DNA of 64,000 bases from a virus (lineage: Duplodnaviria; Caudoviricetes): the IMG/VR virus record IMGVR_UViG_2775506876_000001, positions 1 to 64,000 of that record. One strand, given 5' to 3'. Below the pieces are notes generated by a model. The model was given only the letters and a program-made list of their open reading frames with translations, ran no database searches and had not been told where the DNA came from. Both the position numbers and the translations under genes were made by a program. Shown here piece after piece: positions 20,972 through 30,671 of this stretch (positions are counted from its first letter, which is position 1; each line of letters opens with the position of its first letter).

Positions 20972-21931
20972 ATGGATGGAATTATACAAGCTGGGCACTA
21001 TTTAAGACAGCAATTAAGAGAAGTTACACCGGACATTATTAGAACCCAATACCCTGAGTTATGGGGTTATGAAGGTAAACATCATACTGTACAGATGAAT
21101 TTACCATTCGGTTTACGCGAAATTTGGCAATCTAGAATCGATCATTCTGGTGTTGCTGTAAATTTTGGTGGTAAAGCTACCGATATTCCTTTAGCAAATT
21201 TTGGTATCGGTGCTGATAAATACAAAACAGTTATCGGTGTTTTAGGTGCTGAATGGGATTGGATGGAATTACAATCTCAAGAACAAGCCATGAAAGCCAA
21301 TTTACCTACAGTAGATTGTGTAACCGAATATCGAGCAGCACTTGAGAAAGGTTTACGTGAATGGGTACATTTAAAAACCCTTTTTGGTGACACAACCATA
21401 GGGTTTAATGGTTTGTTTAATCACGCTGAAATTGAAGTTATTGATACAACAACAAACCTTAATACAGCAACATCCAGGGATTTACAGAACTTCTTTAGAG
21501 GTATTATTAAAGACTTCAAAAAGAATTCTAGATTAACTGCAAGTCCTACAAAGATTCTAGGATCTATCGACTTAATTTATGCTTTGAATGCACCATTTAC
21601 CGATGCGGCTGGTGCTGTAACTGCTAAAGGTTCAGCTAGAGAAGCGTTATTAACTAGTGGTGATATTGCAAGTATTGATGAAGTTAATGAACTTTCCAAT
21701 AGTTACTTATCTCAATTTGGTGTAACTGCTGCTAGCACAACTAAAGACGCTTTCATACTTTATGAACCATCAGCCGAAACATTGTATAAGCGTCAATCTA
21801 GAATTCTAACAACTCCGGTTGGTCTTAAAGATGATCAGATGACTTATAGAACTACCGGACTTGTAGCAGTTTCAGAAGTCATTATCAAACGTCCATATCG
21901 AGTTAAAATTTACACTTATCCTAAATTCTAA
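20972..21931 (+). CDS. Major capsid protein (DUF2184-like)
   Basis: 319 aa; ATDIPLA, FGD..GFNGLFNH, VIIKRP. Confidence 0.85.
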   Translation: MDGIIQAGHYLRQQLREVTPDIIRTQYPELWGYEGKHHTVQMNLPFGLREIWQSRIDHSGVAVNFGGKATDIPLANFGIGADKYKTVIGVLGAEWDWMELQSQEQAMKANLPTVDCVTEYRAALEKGLREWVHLKTLFGDTTIGFNGLFNHAEIEVIDTTTNLNTATSRDLQNFFRGIIKDFKKNSRLTASPTKILGSIDLIYALNAPFTDAAGAVTAKGSAREALLTSGDIASIDEVNELSNSYLSQFGVTAASTTKDAFILYEPSAETLYKRQSRILTTPVGLKDDQMTYRTTGLVAVSEVIIKRPYRVKIYTYPKF

Positions 21932-21932
21932 T

Positions 21933-22181
21933 ATGGCAACAGTAACTTATTATCCTGAAAGAGAAAATAGAAAAGCTGCTAGAACTTTTCTATTTGATGT
22001 CAACAAAGTGACTTTAAACCCTGGTGAAAATGAAGTTAATGATAACTTAATCAGTAAGTTCAAACAACTTGAAACGGTTCAAGAACTTGTCGAAGATGAA
22101 GTTATTAAAATTACTGAAATTGTTGTTAATAACTCAGTTTTAAAAAGACCACCAGTTGTTGATGACGAAGACGAAGAATAG
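21933..22181 (+). CDS. Hypothetical head-associated protein
   Basis: 82 aa directly after the capsid gene; VTLNPGENEV. Confidence 0.6.
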   Translation: MATVTYYPERENRKAARTFLFDVNKVTLNPGENEVNDNLISKFKQLETVQELVEDEVIKITEIVVNNSVLKRPPVVDDEDEE

Positions 22182-22248
22182 CTGATAATTTCGAGATTCT
22201 TTGTAAAATCCCTGGTAATAATCAGGGATTTAAACTTTAAATATATTT

Positions 22249-25200
22249 TTGATTATGCCTTTAATTGATGGATTTATAGGAACTTCAGGAACCGATTTAT
22301 CTGGTAGAACTGCTTATAACGGTTCAACATGGACTAGAACCAGAAACGATGGTGATAATACAAATTCAAAATTAATCATAAGTCCATCGGGGCGTGTAAG
22401 ACAATGGAAAAAAATAAATGCTTCAAACTTTAGTGTTCACGCAAATAGTACACAAGTTAACACCACAAATTTTTATGAAGTTTTAGGCATTTTTAAATGG
22501 TATGGAGATCCTGATTTAATATCTTCAAGCCGTTCAAGTATTGGTTTTGGTTTAAGATATTTGAATTCTAGTAATAGTGGTTATGCTGCTACTATTAGAT
22601 ATTCTGAAGCGACTGGATCAACAAAATTATTTGCAATTTATAATTTACAAAGTAACCAATATCCTAAGCAATCAGGAACTAATGAGAGTAGATGTCCATT
22701 AGTAACAGGACATAGCTATGCCATAATTATTCAAGCCGTTTCCGGTGCAATAAATGCTGGTGTGTTCAGTCTAACAACTGGTAAATGGTTAAGCGGTGGG
22801 CTGTTTGATACCATTTCAAATACTTTAGTAGTTTCATCAAAAGTTATAAACCCAAATATAACCCAGGTTGGTACACCTGCTATATTTGCAATTTTTGATC
22901 CGGCAACAAATCCTGCTGATGATGTTTCTTACAGCACTATACAATTTCACGGTGCTGTCAGTGATGTTTTGTCTGAAGTTCCAAAATTAACTGTGGTTTC
23001 AGCACCACAGCAAGGTTTATCAGGACAAGCATCGACTAACTTTACTTTAGGATATACAGGGATTTTAGCACCAGGGAAAAATTATACTATTGTTCCCAGC
23101 GATTCGGGTGCTGGTGGTGTTTTTACACCTTCAACATTTAATATAAGTACTACAAACACTACAGTAAGTTTTACTTATAAACCACCATTATTAAATCCAA
23201 CCGATCCGCCTCAAGAAATTCCATTATCTTTTACGGCTGATGGTGTTTTATTAACCCAATCGAATTATACTAGTTATTCTTCAAACACCAATATTACTGA
23301 TGATGGAACAAACCCAACATTTGAATATGTTGGATACACTAGCCCTAATTTTAGGGTAACAATCAACGGTGTAAATCTGCCAACAACTGTTAACTTATCT
23401 GATAACAGTAATGGTGTTTTTACTCCAAATACTTTAACATTTACCTACCCTGGACAAGAACTAACTTTTAAATACAGACCTAATAGTTTAGGTGATATCA
23501 CATTATTTATAACGGGTAATAATTTTACAACAAAAACTTATAACTTTCAGGGATTAACACCAACAGTAGATATTAAATCAAGTCCAAATGTTGCTTGGCT
23601 CAACTATGCTAGTAAAACTTTCACTGTTGGTTTAAATGGTGGTGTTAGTCAACTGGCCGGTTCAATACCTTTAACTTTTAACTCTAGTGGTGGAACTTTC
23701 ACACCTGCTAATGTAACTTTAACTGGTGCAAATCCTACAGCGACTTTTACATTTACACCAAACACTACTGGCAATAAAACTATTACGATATCTTCAATAT
23801 ATGCAATATCAGCAACTAAAAATATTTTTGTTGGATTAAAACCGACAAAAATAACTTTAACTTTACCTAGTAAAAATAATTGTGAAATCAGCCAATATTC
23901 AGAAGCTTTTAATATTAGTGTTGATGGACTTGTTATCGATAATATAGAAGTTTTAGTAACTGATAATAATAAAAATTCTATAATTCCAAAAATAATATTT
24001 AGTAACCCTGATCAGATACCAAATCCGGTAAATAGTAAAGATTTTATAATCAAAGTTTGCAACTCAGAAGCATTTATATTAACTGCAATATCACCAGGAT
24101 TGACATCTAATTCCGTATCATTTACAGGAATTTTGGACACAACTAATTATGATAGAAGTTTCATATTTAATGATGATTTTGAAAGAGGTAACACAACCTC
24201 ATTGGGAAATGGTTGGTTACATGGTTCTCAATATTCTTTAGTTGATGGAAAAGTTGTCACAACTAACAAAACATTATCTGATGTTATAACTTTTTTCAGA
24301 GGTCAAGTAGTCAGAACCACTGTTAGATGTTTCCTAGATGAAGAATCTTTTACATTAACAAGTGCAGAATTAAACGCTTTTCATAAAGTTATTGTAGGTG
24401 ATACGGTTCTTGGTAATAAACAAATACCGACAAGCACAACCGTTACAGCGAAAGCATCTAACAATTCATTAACACTTTCTAAAAAACCGACAGACAGTAA
24501 TCCTAAAGACTGTTTAAGAGGTATTAGTATTGTAAATTCTGAAATAGAATGTGAAATTCAACCACCATTAAGTTATCTTTGGAATCAGATACACACAGCA
24601 AGAATTATCAGCCGTAAACAAGAAAACAAAGACGCTAAATATTTTGTAGATATCAGTGCTGAAAACAAAGGTTCAACAATGGTTGTGATAGCATCTTTAT
24701 TTACAAAGATTTCAACCAGGGAAAAGCCTGATAGAATTTATGTAAGAAAAGTTTATTTACAAAATACAGCACACACTTTCAGATTTACCACAATAACTTA
24801 TGATTCTACAACAGTTTTAGAATTACGTGCTATTAACCCTAATAATGGAATAACAACTTTTATTTTTAGGGTTGTCAACGGTGAACCTGAATTACAAAAA
24901 CCTGGTGATATTGGTATAAGCCACAATGGTGTTGCAACATTTAATAGTTTCTCTTATTACTCAATAACTACTAAAAAGAAAAATTCACCATTAAATTTTT
25001 ATGTAGATATAAATAATGGGAATGATAACAACAATGGTAGTTATTCAGCACCATTTCAAAATATTTCTAAAGCCTTAAGTAAATATGAAAAAGGTAGAAA
25101 TCTGATAATTGTAATCAGACCAGGGACATACAACACAACATATACAGAAGAAAATCCATTAATTCTTAGGGATGGTTGCAGTATTGTAGGTGAATCAACA

Positions 25201-25614
25201 GCACCAGTAATAAAAGCAAGTGTCTTAATTGATCAGAGTTCCGATAGTTCTTTAAATAATTTGATATTTGATGGTAACAACTATCAAATTAAAAAAGCTG
25301 TGACAATCAGAGATGCTTACAATTTTATTTTCAAAAATATAGAAATTTACGGATACCGTGAAACAGCTTTAGATATTCAGCGAGTATCAGAAGCCGAGTT
25401 TAGCGATTTTAAAATAACAGACAGTAGTTATAGCAGCTTAATTCTAGGTTACATTCCAAGCTTCAGCACCGATAAGCAAACATCAGTTATTTTATTTGGT
25501 TTCTTGTTCAAAACGATTTTTAGAGATTTTTATATAAACACCCTGGACTCTAGAGGTGGTCAAGCTTTCTTGGCTTGGTCTGAACATTGGGAACGTTTGA
25601 ATAATTATTTATAA
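22249..25614 (+). CDS. Large virion/fibre protein with Ig-like repeats and DUF1565/beta-helix C-terminus
   Basis: Repeated GG.FTP..[LF]T...FTYxP units; YVDINNGND..G...PFQNISKAL. Confidence 0.65.
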   Translation: MIMPLIDGFIGTSGTDLSGRTAYNGSTWTRTRNDGDNTNSKLIISPSGRVRQWKKINASNFSVHANSTQVNTTNFYEVLGIFKWYGDPDLISSSRSSIGFGLRYLNSSNSGYAATIRYSEATGSTKLFAIYNLQSNQYPKQSGTNESRCPLVTGHSYAIIIQAVSGAINAGVFSLTTGKWLSGGLFDTISNTLVVSSKVINPNITQVGTPAIFAIFDPATNPADDVSYSTIQFHGAVSDVLSEVPKLTVVSAPQQGLSGQASTNFTLGYTGILAPGKNYTIVPSDSGAGGVFTPSTFNISTTNTTVSFTYKPPLLNPTDPPQEIPLSFTADGVLLTQSNYTSYSSNTNITDDGTNPTFEYVGYTSPNFRVTINGVNLPTTVNLSDNSNGVFTPNTLTFTYPGQELTFKYRPNSLGDITLFITGNNFTTKTYNFQGLTPTVDIKSSPNVAWLNYASKTFTVGLNGGVSQLAGSIPLTFNSSGGTFTPANVTLTGANPTATFTFTPNTTGNKTITISSIYAISATKNIFVGLKPTKITLTLPSKNNCEISQYSEAFNISVDGLVIDNIEVLVTDNNKNSIIPKIIFSNPDQIPNPVNSKDFIIKVCNSEAFILTAISPGLTSNSVSFTGILDTTNYDRSFIFNDDFERGNTTSLGNGWLHGSQYSLVDGKVVTTNKTLSDVITFFRGQVVRTTVRCFLDEESFTLTSAELNAFHKVIVGDTVLGNKQIPTSTTVTAKASNNSLTLSKKPTDSNPKDCLRGISIVNSEIECEIQPPLSYLWNQIHTARIISRKQENKDAKYFVDISAENKGSTMVVIASLFTKISTREKPDRIYVRKVYLQNTAHTFRFTTITYDSTTVLELRAINPNNGITTFIFRVVNGEPELQKPGDIGISHNGVATFNSFSYYSITTKKKNSPLNFYVDINNGNDNNNGSYSAPFQNISKALSKYEKGRNLIIVIRPGTYNTTYTEENPLILRDGCSIVGESTAPVIKASVLIDQSSDSSLNNLIFDGNNYQIKKAVTIRDAYNFIFKNIEIYGYRETALDIQRVSEAEFSDFKITDSSYSSLILGYIPSFSTDKQTSVILFGFLFKTIFRDFYINTLDSRGGQAFLAWSEHWERLNNYL

Positions 25615-25681
25615 TAGTTTTATAACAATTCTATAATATTTGTTTATTTGTCTGACAATTCAAAAAGTGACTTTTTAAAAT

Positions 25682-28600
25682 ATGGCAGAAAATATTATAT
25701 TTCCAAATAACGCTAACTTGCTGATTCCTAGAAATTTTACAATAAATGGACAAAATTATACAGCAACAATTAATCTTAGAACCGGACAACCTTTTAATAT
25801 AGACAACACTGGTGCAACTGATGTTAGTCAAGAAATGCAAGATTTTCTTGACTGTAAAATGACTTATGGTGGGAACAGAATTAATTATTTACCCAATGGA
25901 ACATATTTAGTTAGTAAAACGTTGTATTGGGCTGGTTATCTATTTATAAACAATGTTGCTCTTATAAATGTCACTGTAACTGCTGGTAGTAATATAATCA
26001 CGGCTAGTTCAGGAACTTTTACAAATGTCCAAGTAGGTCAATCTGTTGTTGGCACGGGTATTCATCCAGGGACAACAGTAACAGCAGTCACAAATACGGC
26101 AAGTATCACAATCAGTCAAGCAGCATGGACAAGTTTTAGTGAAGGAAATAGACAGAAGCGTCAAATTTTACAAGGACAAAACAGAGAATTAACTAAAATC
26201 AAGCTTGCAAATAATTTAGGATCAAATTTTAATCAAAAAGCTGTAATCAACACGGGTTTAATTCCTGCACAGAGATTTAGAAATGCTGTCAGGGATTTGA
26301 CAATAGATATAGGTTCTGGAAATCCTTTAGCTATCGGTTTGCAATTTTGTGCGCATAACCAAGGTGTAGCCAGAAATTTAAATATTATTTCAAGTGATCC
26401 TAATAAAGCTGGTAGAGCAGGTTTAGATCTTAGGAATACCAATGAACCTGCACCGATGCTTTGTAAAGATATTATGATTGATGGGTTTGATTATGGTGTT
26501 TGGGCTTGGTCTGGTGTTGGGATTACTTTATGTGATATTACAGTAAAAAATCAATTGCAATACGGTATTTATAATACTAGTGGTAATTACGGTGCTACCC
26601 TATTTATGGAAAATATTACATCTATAAATAGTGTTCCAGCATATTACAACATTTACGGTAATAATTTTACAGCTTGTGTTTCCCTGGTCAATTGCAATTT
26701 TCATAACAATGGTAATCCTACTAATGCGATCGCACTAAGTACCAACTGTTTAGCATTTTTTGCAAGAGGTTTGAACATCTCTGATTATGCAACAGCTATC
26801 CAAAATACTGCGGATGGTACTAATTTAACTGGTAATATTTCAAATTACGAATATTACACAGGAATGCTAGGAACCGGAACAAATACCAGTCAGACAACTA
26901 ACTTGGGTGTTCCTGATAATATTGCATTACCAATTGAACCAACACCAGTAGTAACTTGGGAACAAGATTTTAGTAAATGGGTATGTCCCCAAGATGTTGG
27001 CGGAGTAATTTCAAGCACTGTTGATCAATCAACTTTTATCCAAGCTGCAATTGATATTCCGGGTAAAAATACTATTTATTTTCCGAGAGGAACTTATTTA
27101 ATTAACAACAATATTTATATTCGTGGTGATATAAAACGTTTTATTGGTTGTGAAGCTTCCCTGACTGGCATTGGAAAAATAATAGTAGGTGATGGTTCAA
27201 GTAACACAGTAATTATTGAACGCTTCGATGGTCTTGCAGGCAATCAAATTCAACATTTAACTAGCAGAACTTTGATAATATCTAGTGTTACTTCAAACAC
27301 TGATAACGTTAGGACTTATACAAATATTTCAGATGATTTAACAACTATCGGAACAGGAAAAATATTTTGTGAAGACTTTGTAACCGATTCAATAGAAATG
27401 ATAGGTAACAGAGGATTCTTTAGACAATTTAATCCTGAAACTGGCAGCAGTCCTGACAAATTAATTTTAAGAAATAGTGCTTGGTTATTTTGTGTCGGAA
27501 TGAAAACCGAAAAAAATCCGACACCAATAAGATTAGAAACTAATTCTAGATTCGATGGTAGCTGTTTTTTCTATTCGACAAGTACTAATGAACCTGCTAA
27601 AGTTGAACCCTTGGTAGAACTTACTGATGCTGAGGTTTCTTTAACTTTTACAGAATCCGTAAATAACAATAAACCATTTTTGGCTAATGTTATCGAAGAA
27701 AGAGCGGGACAAGTTAAAATACTTTATAAATCTTCATCAGGAACTACTGGTGAATCAGTAGCATTGACAACTGTTAGAAGACTTCCTAGTGATGATATAA
27801 ATATCAATGATATTTCACCAGGGTTTGTAGACTTGGTGATTGAAAACGGTAGTATCGTTGTAGGTGATGTCAACAATGCTTGGAATGAAAATTTAGAATT
27901 AAAATATAGAACCCAACAATCAGCGATCGCTATCCATTTAGCAGACTTTAGGAATTCTAAAATTCAATACAATCAATTCAATGGAATGTTGTCTATTTGG
28001 AATTCCAAAAGCAGTAATATATTAATTCAATATAATCAATGGGATTATGAAAAATCTGATAGTACTGGGTATTGTATTGGATTACATGATACTGGTTTAA
28101 AAGTACAATTCAACATTTTCAAAAATTACGGATACGCTTTTAGAAATGTATTAAATATAATCCCTGGTGCTTATGTTGATAACACAAACATGCCTAGCCC
28201 TACCATAAACAACAATATATTTTGTAGACCTTATTTAAATTCTGTAGCTCAATTTGGTGGTAATAAATTTACTAGTTTTCCTTTTAATTTCTACAATAAC
28301 ACCGTAATCTTAAACAGTAGTTATTCAGCTTTTAAATTTAGTTACGGCTTTAACAATTCTAGTGCTATTTCATCAACCACAGAAGCCACCAATGTTTATA
28401 GTAAATTCCAAAATAATATATTCATTTGTAATTCTGAAAGTGTTGGCAGCACAGGATTGGCTACAGGAAGTGTTACCATCAGCTACAATGCTTTTCAAAA
28501 TACCACGGTAATCGGAGCAAATACTTTAAATGTTCCGGTAGATTTTGAAAGTACAAACCCTAGCACAAACGTATGGGAATATAAATTAAGATCTACAAGT

Positions 28601-29179
28601 ATTTTGATTAATGCAGGTATCCCGATTACGGATATAACACCTATATCTGCGGTGTCTATAGGTGCGTTGCAATATGGTAATCCCTGGACAATCACACAAC
28701 CAGGTAAATTTAAAAATACCATGAATGTGTTGCCAGAATACGAAATACTAGCAACACTTACATCGGATAACAATCAAAATATATTGCCAACAATTATGAA
28801 TATGACAGCAACTAAGTTAAATTCGATAACATTCCCAGATTATCAAAGACTAGAAACGCAGTTCAAATCTGGTGAAACTTTTGCTCAAAGAACATCTTTT
28901 TTGAGTAATGGAATGGTTCTATCAATTACCCAAAAAATGAATCATGAAGAATTAGAAAGTCTATTAAATTTTTATAACTCTGTTGGCGGAACCCTAAATA
29001 GTTTTGTTTTACCAGAGGAATTTTATAAATTACCTCAAATAATCCAAAACCGAATTTACAATTTAAACGCTATACAAAAATGGAAATTTGAAAAACCCCC
29101 AATAGTTAGCCCGATAGTTGCAAGCTTTTTAAGAGGTTGGTATCAAATCGAAATTTCATTAATATCTGTTATCAGATAG
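25682..29179 (+). CDS. Tailspike-like polysaccharide depolymerase (pectate-lyase-3/GH55-like beta-helix) with C-terminal distal-tail-like domain
   Basis: YLPNGTYLVSKTL, AQRFRNAVRDLTID, TIYFPRGTY; last ~125 aa resemble the N-terminus of 38407..40017. Confidence 0.7.
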   Translation: MAENIIFPNNANLLIPRNFTINGQNYTATINLRTGQPFNIDNTGATDVSQEMQDFLDCKMTYGGNRINYLPNGTYLVSKTLYWAGYLFINNVALINVTVTAGSNIITASSGTFTNVQVGQSVVGTGIHPGTTVTAVTNTASITISQAAWTSFSEGNRQKRQILQGQNRELTKIKLANNLGSNFNQKAVINTGLIPAQRFRNAVRDLTIDIGSGNPLAIGLQFCAHNQGVARNLNIISSDPNKAGRAGLDLRNTNEPAPMLCKDIMIDGFDYGVWAWSGVGITLCDITVKNQLQYGIYNTSGNYGATLFMENITSINSVPAYYNIYGNNFTACVSLVNCNFHNNGNPTNAIALSTNCLAFFARGLNISDYATAIQNTADGTNLTGNISNYEYYTGMLGTGTNTSQTTNLGVPDNIALPIEPTPVVTWEQDFSKWVCPQDVGGVISSTVDQSTFIQAAIDIPGKNTIYFPRGTYLINNNIYIRGDIKRFIGCEASLTGIGKIIVGDGSSNTVIIERFDGLAGNQIQHLTSRTLIISSVTSNTDNVRTYTNISDDLTTIGTGKIFCEDFVTDSIEMIGNRGFFRQFNPETGSSPDKLILRNSAWLFCVGMKTEKNPTPIRLETNSRFDGSCFFYSTSTNEPAKVEPLVELTDAEVSLTFTESVNNNKPFLANVIEERAGQVKILYKSSSGTTGESVALTTVRRLPSDDININDISPGFVDLVIENGSIVVGDVNNAWNENLELKYRTQQSAIAIHLADFRNSKIQYNQFNGMLSIWNSKSSNILIQYNQWDYEKSDSTGYCIGLHDTGLKVQFNIFKNYGYAFRNVLNIIPGAYVDNTNMPSPTINNNIFCRPYLNSVAQFGGNKFTSFPFNFYNNTVILNSSYSAFKFSYGFNNSSAISSTTEATNVYSKFQNNIFICNSESVGSTGLATGSVTISYNAFQNTTVIGANTLNVPVDFESTNPSTNVWEYKLRSTSILINAGIPITDITPISAVSIGALQYGNPWTITQPGKFKNTMNVLPEYEILATLTSDNNQNILPTIMNMTATKLNSITFPDYQRLETQFKSGETFAQRTSFLSNGMVLSITQKMNHEELESLLNFYNSVGGTLNSFVLPEEFYKLPQIIQNRIYNLNAIQKWKFEKPPIVSPIVASFLRGWYQIEISLISVIR

Positions 29180-29377
29180 TTCAAGATTATCCGATGATTT
29201 CACAAATTCTATAGAATTACGTGAATTATCAAAACCGATGTTCAACTTAACAATCAAATCTAAAAATGGTTGAAAAATTACTAAAAGTGTAGCTGCAATT
29301 AAAACTCTTTCGGTGATTTTTGAACGAAAGAGTTTTACAATACTACTTTCAGTTCTACTATCTAGATTAATTATCAT
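29159..29377 (-). CDS. Small membrane protein
   Basis: 72 aa, one hydrophobic segment, overlaps the upstream ORF. Confidence 0.4.
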   Translation of the reverse strand: MIINLDSRTESSIVKLFRSKITERVLIAATLLVIFQPFLDLIVKLNIGFDNSRNSIEFVKSSDNLELSDNRY

Positions 29378-29711
29378 CGTTATCTACCATTTTTTCAGAA
29401 TAATAATCTTGATCGTCAATGCTATCAATATTATCATTCAAAAAATTATGGACTTTATCTGACTTAAAGTAGATTTTTATAATTTCAAAAAGTTTTTTTT
29501 GTCTACGTTCTATCCTAATTATTCTTTGATTTAAAATTGTCCATTTTTTAGGAACATCCCAATACTTAATAAGCACAAGTAACATTAATGCTGCACCAAC
29601 CATTAAAGCAGCTAGCTCTTGCTCAACGAGTCTTTGTACAGTTTTTAAAACTAAATACTCTATACTAAGTTGTGATTCAGCATCAGCAAAAACAAATAAA
29701 TTTAATAACAT
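29367..29711 (-). CDS. Membrane protein, possibly holin-like
   Basis: 114 aa, TM segment followed by basic then acidic tail. Confidence 0.45.
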   Translation of the reverse strand: MLLNLFVFADAESQLSIEYLVLKTVQRLVEQELAALMVGAALMLLVLIKYWDVPKKWTILNQRIIRIERRQKKLFEIIKIYFKSDKVHNFLNDNIDSIDDQDYYSEKMVDNDDN

Positions 29712-29859
29712 AAACTTATACGTCAGTAAATCTATTATATTTAATAGTTATCTAAGACACAATAGGTATTTACACTATTATGTAATTTTGTCAATTATCT
29801 TTAAATAATCTTTACAATATAAAGTTTGCTAGAATTTTAGAAATAATTTAGCAACAGTT

Positions 29860-30048
29860 ATGACTAGAAACAAAATTGTAATTTTTTCAGGAATACTGGT
29901 TTTATTAATAGTTGTCAACGCAATAACCTACATTAACCAAAGTTGCTCAAAAATAATTAAAGAAGCTGTAGACCAGGGTGATATACAAGTTTTACAGGAT
30001 ATCAACTCTGGTAGAAAATATTGCAGACCCGCAGGAAAATTATTTTAA
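29860..30048 (+). CDS. Small membrane-anchored/secreted protein
   Basis: N-terminal hydrophobic helix, two Cys. Confidence 0.5.
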   Translation: MTRNKIVIFSGILVLLIVVNAITYINQSCSKIIKEAVDQGDIQVLQDINSGRKYCRPAGKLF

Positions 30049-30198
30049 TTTGTCAGACATTATAAAAAGTGACTTTTTAATTTTAAAAATATAGAATTTA
30101 TTGTCTATAGCATAAAAGTTTAAATTTGTCAAGGGTATTTATAATAATTTTCAGATTTTGTAGCCAGATTGAAAACTACAAAAAATATTTGGTTGTTG

Positions 30199-30518
30199 GT
30201 TTCAATCCCTGATAGGGATTATTAGGTATCGCTAGATTCATTACTGAGGAAGATTACAAGGGCATAGGTTTCAATCCCTGATAGGGATTATTAGGTATTG
30301 CTAGAATTACGTAATGAGGCTGTTGAGTTTTTACGTAAGTTTCAATCCCTGATAGGGATTATTAGGTATTGCTAGTTTAGGCTTTTTAGTGCTGATATCC
30401 CTATTAACGTTTCAATCCCTGATAGGGATTATTAGGTATTGCTAGATTTTTAGCTGGGATATCTTACGCTCCAATTGGTTAGTTTCAATCCCTGATAGGG
30501 ATTATTAGGTATTGCTAG
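30199..30518 (-). CRISPR. CRISPR mini-array: 5 x 37-bp repeats, 4 spacers, no cas genes in the window
   Basis: Plus-strand repeat GTTTCAATCCCTGATAGGGATTATTAGGTATTGCTAG starts at 30199, 30268, 30339, 30409 and 30482; spacers are 32, 34, 33 and 36 bp; the only variant repeat is the leader-distal one. Confidence 0.97.
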
Positions 30519-30612
30519 GGCTACCTTTTGAAAGTCTTTGTCTATAAGGTTTTCACGGTTCGGTTGCGTCAATCTACTTAAAAATATCATTACAGCCATT
30601 AAACTGTCAAGG
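30519..30612 (-). promoter_or_regulatory. CRISPR leader
   Basis: Minus strand reads TTGACA...gattgacgcaaccgaaccgtgaaaaccttatagacaaagactttcaaaaggtagcc and then the repeat; resembles Nostocales array leaders as I recall them. Confidence 0.7.
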
Positions 30613-30671
30613 TTTTGGTCAAATAGCTATAGATCAACACTGAACCAATCAATTCAAAATCAAAGCTTTTC

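Noticed and set aside
30305-30338. Spacer 2 begins and ends with TTACGTAA
   Set aside because: Single instance in an AT-rich spacer that reads as plausible coding sequence; probably chance
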